Shown: one piece after another, positions 38,175 through 41,785 of the stretch
Layout of the letters: each line of letters opens with the position of its first letter
How positions within the stretch are numbered: position 1 is the stretch's first letter
Source: Candidatus Fimimonas merdipullorum
GTDB lineage: Bacteria > Bacillota > Clostridia > Christensenellales > CAG-314
Length of the DNA stretch: 41,785 bases
Assembly: GCA_018713905.1 (NCBI GenBank)
Contig: DVOC01000025.1
Coordinates: forward strand, 1-41,785
Direction: 5' to 3'
Notes under the pieces: model-generated
The model's database searches: none
What the model saw: only the letters and a program-made list of their open reading frames with translations
Told to the model about the DNA's origin: nothing
Made by a program: the position numbers and the translations under genes

Positions 38175-38534
38175 ATGGCTAACAAATACGGTTACAACGG
38201 CGCGGGCGGCGGCAAATCGGGCGGCTTCGGCGGCGGAAATATGCAGAATCTTATGAAGCAGGCGCAGCAAATGCAGCAGAAGCTGCAAGAGGCGCAGCAG
38301 CAGCTGGAGGAAATTACCGTCACGGGCAGCGCCGGCGGCGGTTTGGTAGAGGCGGACGTCAACGGCAAAAAGACGGTGCTTGCCGTCAGGATAAAGGCGG
38401 AGGCGTGCGATCCCGACGACGCGGAAATGCTGGAAGACCTTGTGCTCGCCGCCATAAACGACGGCTACACCAAGGCGCAGGCAAAGGAAGACGAGCTTAT
38501 GGCTCCCTTCGCCGCCATGAGAGGTTTACTGTAA
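38175..38534 (+). CDS. ybaB: YbaB/EbfC family nucleoid-associated protein
   Basis: [34 protein letters not shown]; between dnaX and recR. Confidence 0.93.
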   Translation: MANKYGYNGAGGGKSGGFGGGNMQNLMKQAQQMQQKLQEAQQQLEEITVTGSAGGGLVEADVNGKKTVLAVRIKAEACDPDDAEMLEDLVLAAINDGYTKAQAKEDELMAPFAAMRGLL

Positions 38535-38535
38535 C

Positions 38536-39126
38536 ATGCCCGACTATATCGAACCGATAGAAAAACTTATACGGCAGTTTACCAAGCTGCCGGGGGTAGG
38601 CTCCAAAACGGCGCAGAGGTATGCTCTGACGGTGCTTGCCATGTCCGACGGCGAAGCGCAGGCGTTTGCCGACGCCGTCACGCACGCCAAGCGCAGCGTC
38701 AAGGTGTGCTCGGTGTGCGGCAACTATACCGACTGCGATCCCTGCCACATATGTGCCACGAGGGACAACTCCGTCATCTGCGTAGTGCAGGAGGCAAAGG
38801 ACGTGCTTGCCGTGGAGCGCCTTGGGGAATACAAGGGCGTCTACCACGTGCTGGGGGGAGTGCTCAACCCGCTTAAAGGCGTGGGCAGAGACGACATCCG
38901 TCTGGCGCAGCTGTTCAAGCGTCTGGCGGGGGACGTCAAAGAGGTCATTCTTGCCACAGATACCTCCGCCGAGGGGGAGGCAACGGCAACTTATATAGCG
39001 CGATACGTAAAGCAATGCGGCATAAAAGCCACGCGCCTTGCGCAGGGCATAAGCGTAGGCAGCGAACTGCAATATGCCGACGAAGTGACGCTTTCCCGCG
39101 CTTTTTCTAACAGAAAGGAAATGTAA
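38536..39126 (+). CDS. recR: Recombination mediator RecR
   Basis: LPGVGSKTAQR HhH, C4 zinc finger, YHVLGG, EGEATA, ELQYADEVTL. Confidence 0.97.
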   Translation: MPDYIEPIEKLIRQFTKLPGVGSKTAQRYALTVLAMSDGEAQAFADAVTHAKRSVKVCSVCGNYTDCDPCHICATRDNSVICVVQEAKDVLAVERLGEYKGVYHVLGGVLNPLKGVGRDDIRLAQLFKRLAGDVKEVILATDTSAEGEATATYIARYVKQCGIKATRLAQGISVGSELQYADEVTLSRAFSNRKEM

Positions 39127-39128
39127 CG

Positions 39129-39377
39129 ATGCGACTTGACAAATTTTTGAAGGTTTCGCGCATACTCAAACGGCGCACCGTGGCGCAGGAAGCGTGCGAC
39201 GGCGGAAAGGTGGACGTAAACGGCAAGGCGGCAAAGCCGGGCTGTCAGCTTAAAGTGGGTGACGTGGTGTGCGTTCATTTTGCCGGCGGCAGCCTTTCTT
39301 TCAGAGTAAAAATGCTGAAAGAAAGCGTCAAAAAAGAGGAAGCGTCGGAAATGTACGAGATAATCCTGCCGCAATGA
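39129..39377 (+). CDS. yabO: S4-domain RNA-binding protein (YabO/RqcP/Hsp15 family)
   Basis: MRLDKFLKVSRILKRRTVAQEAC..G.V.VNG..AKP...K.GD. Confidence 0.9.
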   Translation: MRLDKFLKVSRILKRRTVAQEACDGGKVDVNGKAAKPGCQLKVGDVVCVHFAGGSLSFRVKMLKESVKKEEASEMYEIILPQ

Positions 39378-40426
39378 GAGGGGCTGTGATAGTCGCCGGC
39401 GGCAGTTCGGCGCGTTTCGGCGAGGACAAACTGGAATTTGACGTTGCAGGCGAAAGCGTGCTGCAACGAGCGGTGGACTGCTTTATTCCCTTCGTCAGCC
39501 ATATCGTGGTGGTGGGGCGCAGGGTAGAAGGCGCATTGTACGCCGAAGGGGGCGACACCCGCTGCCAATCGGTGCGCAACGGCATAGCGGCGCTGCCCGA
39601 CCAAGTCACGGTAGTGGCGGTGCACGACGCGGCGCGTCCCTTTGCGTCTCCGCAGCTTATAGAAAAAGTGTTTTGCGAGGCGGAAAGGCTGGGCAGCGCC
39701 GTGCCCTTTGTGCCCGTCACCGACACCTTGTGGCAAAAGCCCTGCACTCCCTGCCAAAGGGAGGATTTTTTCTGCGTGCAGACTCCGCAGGCATTTGACG
39801 TAAAGCTGCTCAAAGAGGCGCTTGCGGCGCAGACGGGCGATTTTCCCGACGAAAGCACCCTGTTTGCCAAGGTGCACGGCAAGGTAAATTTCGTGGAAGG
39901 GGAACGGGGCAACGTAAAGATAACCTATCCGCAGGACGCATTGCGCTTCAAGGTGGGCAACGGCTTCGACGTTCACCCCTTTGCGGAGGGTGAGGGCTTT
40001 GTGCTGGGGGGAATAAAGGTGCCCTACACTAAAACGCTCAAAGGGCATTCCGACGCCGACGTGCTTACACACGCCGTGTGCGACGCTTTGCTTACCGCTT
40101 CGGGCAACAGGGACATAGGTTGTATCTTCCCCGACAGCGACGAAAAATACCGCGGCATAAGCAGTCTGCTGCTGCTGTCGGAAAGCGCGCGGCTGGCGCA
40201 AAAAAACGGGTACTTCGTCAAAAACGTGTCGGCGGTGGTGATATGTCAGCATCCCAAGCTTGCCGAGTATCTGCCCCTTATGTCACAAAAACTTGCAGAC
40301 GTACTCAAAATTCCCGCACATTGCGTCAATCTCAGCGCAACCACTACCGAAAAACTGGGCGCGCTTGGCAACGGCGACGGCATTGCCTGTCAGGCATATG
40401 CGCTGGTGTGCGGCAGGCAGGCGTAA
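39374..40426 (+). CDS. ispDF: Bifunctional IspD/IspF (MEP pathway)
   Basis: IVAGGSSARFG..K, HDAARP, VQTPQAF, NVKITYP; then GNGFDVH, GHSDADVLTHAVCDALL, DIG.FPD, SATTTEKLG; ATG at 39374 overlapping the upstream stop. Confidence 0.95.
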   Translation: MRGAVIVAGGSSARFGEDKLEFDVAGESVLQRAVDCFIPFVSHIVVVGRRVEGALYAEGGDTRCQSVRNGIAALPDQVTVVAVHDAARPFASPQLIEKVFCEAERLGSAVPFVPVTDTLWQKPCTPCQREDFFCVQTPQAFDVKLLKEALAAQTGDFPDESTLFAKVHGKVNFVEGERGNVKITYPQDALRFKVGNGFDVHPFAEGEGFVLGGIKVPYTKTLKGHSDADVLTHAVCDALLTASGNRDIGCIFPDSDEKYRGISSLLLLSESARLAQKNGYFVKNVSAVVICQHPKLAEYLPLMSQKLADVLKIPAHCVNLSATTTEKLGALGNGDGIACQAYALVCGRQA

Positions 40427-40436
40427 AATTTGCCTA

Positions 40437-40465
40437 TTGACAAAGCGGTGGTTATCGTGTATTAT
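40437..40465 (+). promoter_or_regulatory. SigA promoter of ppa
   Basis: TTGACA (40437..40442), 17 bp, TATTAT (40460..40465); AAGGAGGT RBS follows. Confidence 0.8.
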
Positions 40466-40484
40466 CTAACAAGGAGGTATTCGT

Positions 40485-41021
40485 ATGAATATTTGGCATA
40501 ACATAGCAAGAGATCGTATAAATGCCGACGACTTCTATGCCGTGGTGGAGATAACCAAAGGCAGCAAAATGAAGTACGAATTGGACAAGGAAACGGGGCT
40601 TTTGGTGCTGGACAGAATTTTGTACACCTCTACGCACTATCCCGCCAACTACGGCTTTATCCCCCGCACTCTGGCAGGCGACGGCGATCCTATGGACGTG
40701 CTGGTGCTGTCCTCCGAGCCGCTTTTGCCGCTGTCGCTGGTGCGCTGTTACCCCATCGGCGTAATTATCATGAACGACAACGGTTCTACCGACGAAAAGG
40801 TTATAGCCATTCCCTTCTCCGATCCCATGTACAACGGCTACAAGTCCATTCGCGATCTTCCCTCCCACATTTTCGAGGAAATGCAGCACTTTTTCCGCGT
40901 GTACAAGGAATTGGAAAACAAAAATACCTCCGTTTCGGAAACGCACGACGTGGACGTGGCGAAGGACGTGGTGCAGAAGTCCATTCACGAATACATAGAA
41001 AAAATTCTTTCCAACAGATAA
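40485..41021 (+). CDS. ppa: Inorganic pyrophosphatase, family I
   Basis: [47 protein letters not shown]. Confidence 0.95.
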   Translation: MNIWHNIARDRINADDFYAVVEITKGSKMKYELDKETGLLVLDRILYTSTHYPANYGFIPRTLAGDGDPMDVLVLSSEPLLPLSLVRCYPIGVIIMNDNGSTDEKVIAIPFSDPMYNGYKSIRDLPSHIFEEMQHFFRVYKELENKNTSVSETHDVDVAKDVVQKSIHEYIEKILSNR

Positions 41022-41176
41022 TCCGCGCCCAAATGCTTTGCGGCAGATAAATGCGCCTTGTGCGGTTTCAACAAAATAATTCCCCAATGCAGTCCGCCTG
41101 TGGGCAAGCCGCGTAAATGCGGTTTGTGGCAAAATATTTCCTGAAAAGGCGGCGTCGGACAATTCAAAACTATTGT

Positions 41177-41219
41177 AACAAAAAAGAACTTTATCTACAT
41201 CGATAGAGTTCTTTTTGTT
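41177..41219. terminator. Bidirectional terminator between ppa and the convergent methyltransferase remnant
   Basis: AAAAAGAACTTTATC-TACATC-GATAGAGTTCTTTTT. Confidence 0.7.
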
Positions 41220-41221
41220 TT

Positions 41222-41785
41222 TTACGGCTCCAAATCGAACAACCGTGTTGCCATATATTCAATAACCCTGACGTTTACGGCGTTACCCAATTGCTTGTAT
41301 GCCCGATTGTTGTGCTCACACATAAGCGTAGCGCGATTTGAATAATTGCTTTGCATATATTATGTAACCTTTACATTCCGCCAGACAATTGCGTGATATG
41401 CGGCAGGTTTCAGGCAAAACAATAGGTAAAGGCAAAATTCCTGCCTACGGGCAAGTGACGCAATAAGGCGGCTTGTATGCCCGATGATCGTTTTTGTTGC
41501 ATATAACGGAATCCGGCTTTGTAGTCTTGCGGCTTCTCGTGGAGTCAACCTTCTTCCGACTTTCCCGATAACGGGTATTTGCACCGGTGCAACCAATGCC
41601 GGAAAAACATTCGGTCTTTTAACTGTTATGCCGGACGGTCTGAACTGAATAATACCGTCCCACACAGATTTGCAATCGGCGCCGCATTGCCATTCAAGTT
41701 TTTGTTCAGTAGTGGTGAAATTCCGCAAATAATTCCAGTTTTTCAACCATGAATCAATAAACGTTTTGTTGTTTTCATAAAGCCG
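41222..41785 (-). pseudogene. C5-cytosine DNA methyltransferase 3' part, disrupted (runs off the window edge)
   Basis: KLEWQ..IIQFRPSGI..RRLTPREAARLQS (motif IX), frameshift near 41516, PDS..DHRAYK, 163 bp of intervening sequence, then RAYKQLGNAVNV (motif X) ending at stop 41224..41222. Confidence 0.8.
41293..41485. repeat. 15-bp direct repeat GCTTGTATGCCCGAT flanking 163 bp
   Basis: Identical copies at 41293..41307 and 41471..41485. Confidence 0.85.

Noticed and set aside
731-40252. Long antisense or alternate-frame ORFs (e.g. 731..2194, 20363..22666, 25354..26853, 26795..28195, 31084..32175, 39275..40252)
   Set aside because: They mirror well-conserved genes, show no recognisable motifs and are expected from GC-rich codon bias.
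41360-41746. 128-aa ORF as an intact gene
   Set aside because: It is an internal piece of the methyltransferase (frame open to the window edge); residues after RLQS are out-of-frame sequence.

Overview
A mostly core-genome segment from a spore-forming Clostridia-type bacterium; taxonomy is inferred from gene content (SigA/SigH, SpoIVFB-like protease, ThiT ECF S-component, perfect SigA promoters), and I cannot confirm the lineage. Left to right: tRNA-Gln(CTG) with a downstream copy of its 3' end; rho-mnmA-DUF1624-like membrane gene; a non-canonical TPP riboswitch controlling an N-terminally extended ThiT; ppx/gppA; a 1418-aa orphan lipoprotein built from tandem beta-rich modules, with a 25-bp tandem-repeat array upstream; minD-minE-like-spoIVFA-like-spoIVFB; a convergent membrane gene; nadD-yqeK fusion (apparently leaderless)-rsfS-TSCPD; sua5-rpiB-ntpFIKECGABD (Na+-type V-ATPase); dnaG-sigA-trmK-Zn ribbon; GNAT-mrnC-rlmB-sigH-dnaX-ybaB-recR-S4 protein-ispDF; ppa; and at the right edge a disrupted C5-cytosine DNA methyltransferase 3' end. 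The strongest candidates for new biology are the giant modular lipoprotein with its upstream repeat array, and the variant TPP riboswitch plus ThiT fusion. No CRISPR array, rRNA, transposase or integrase is visible.
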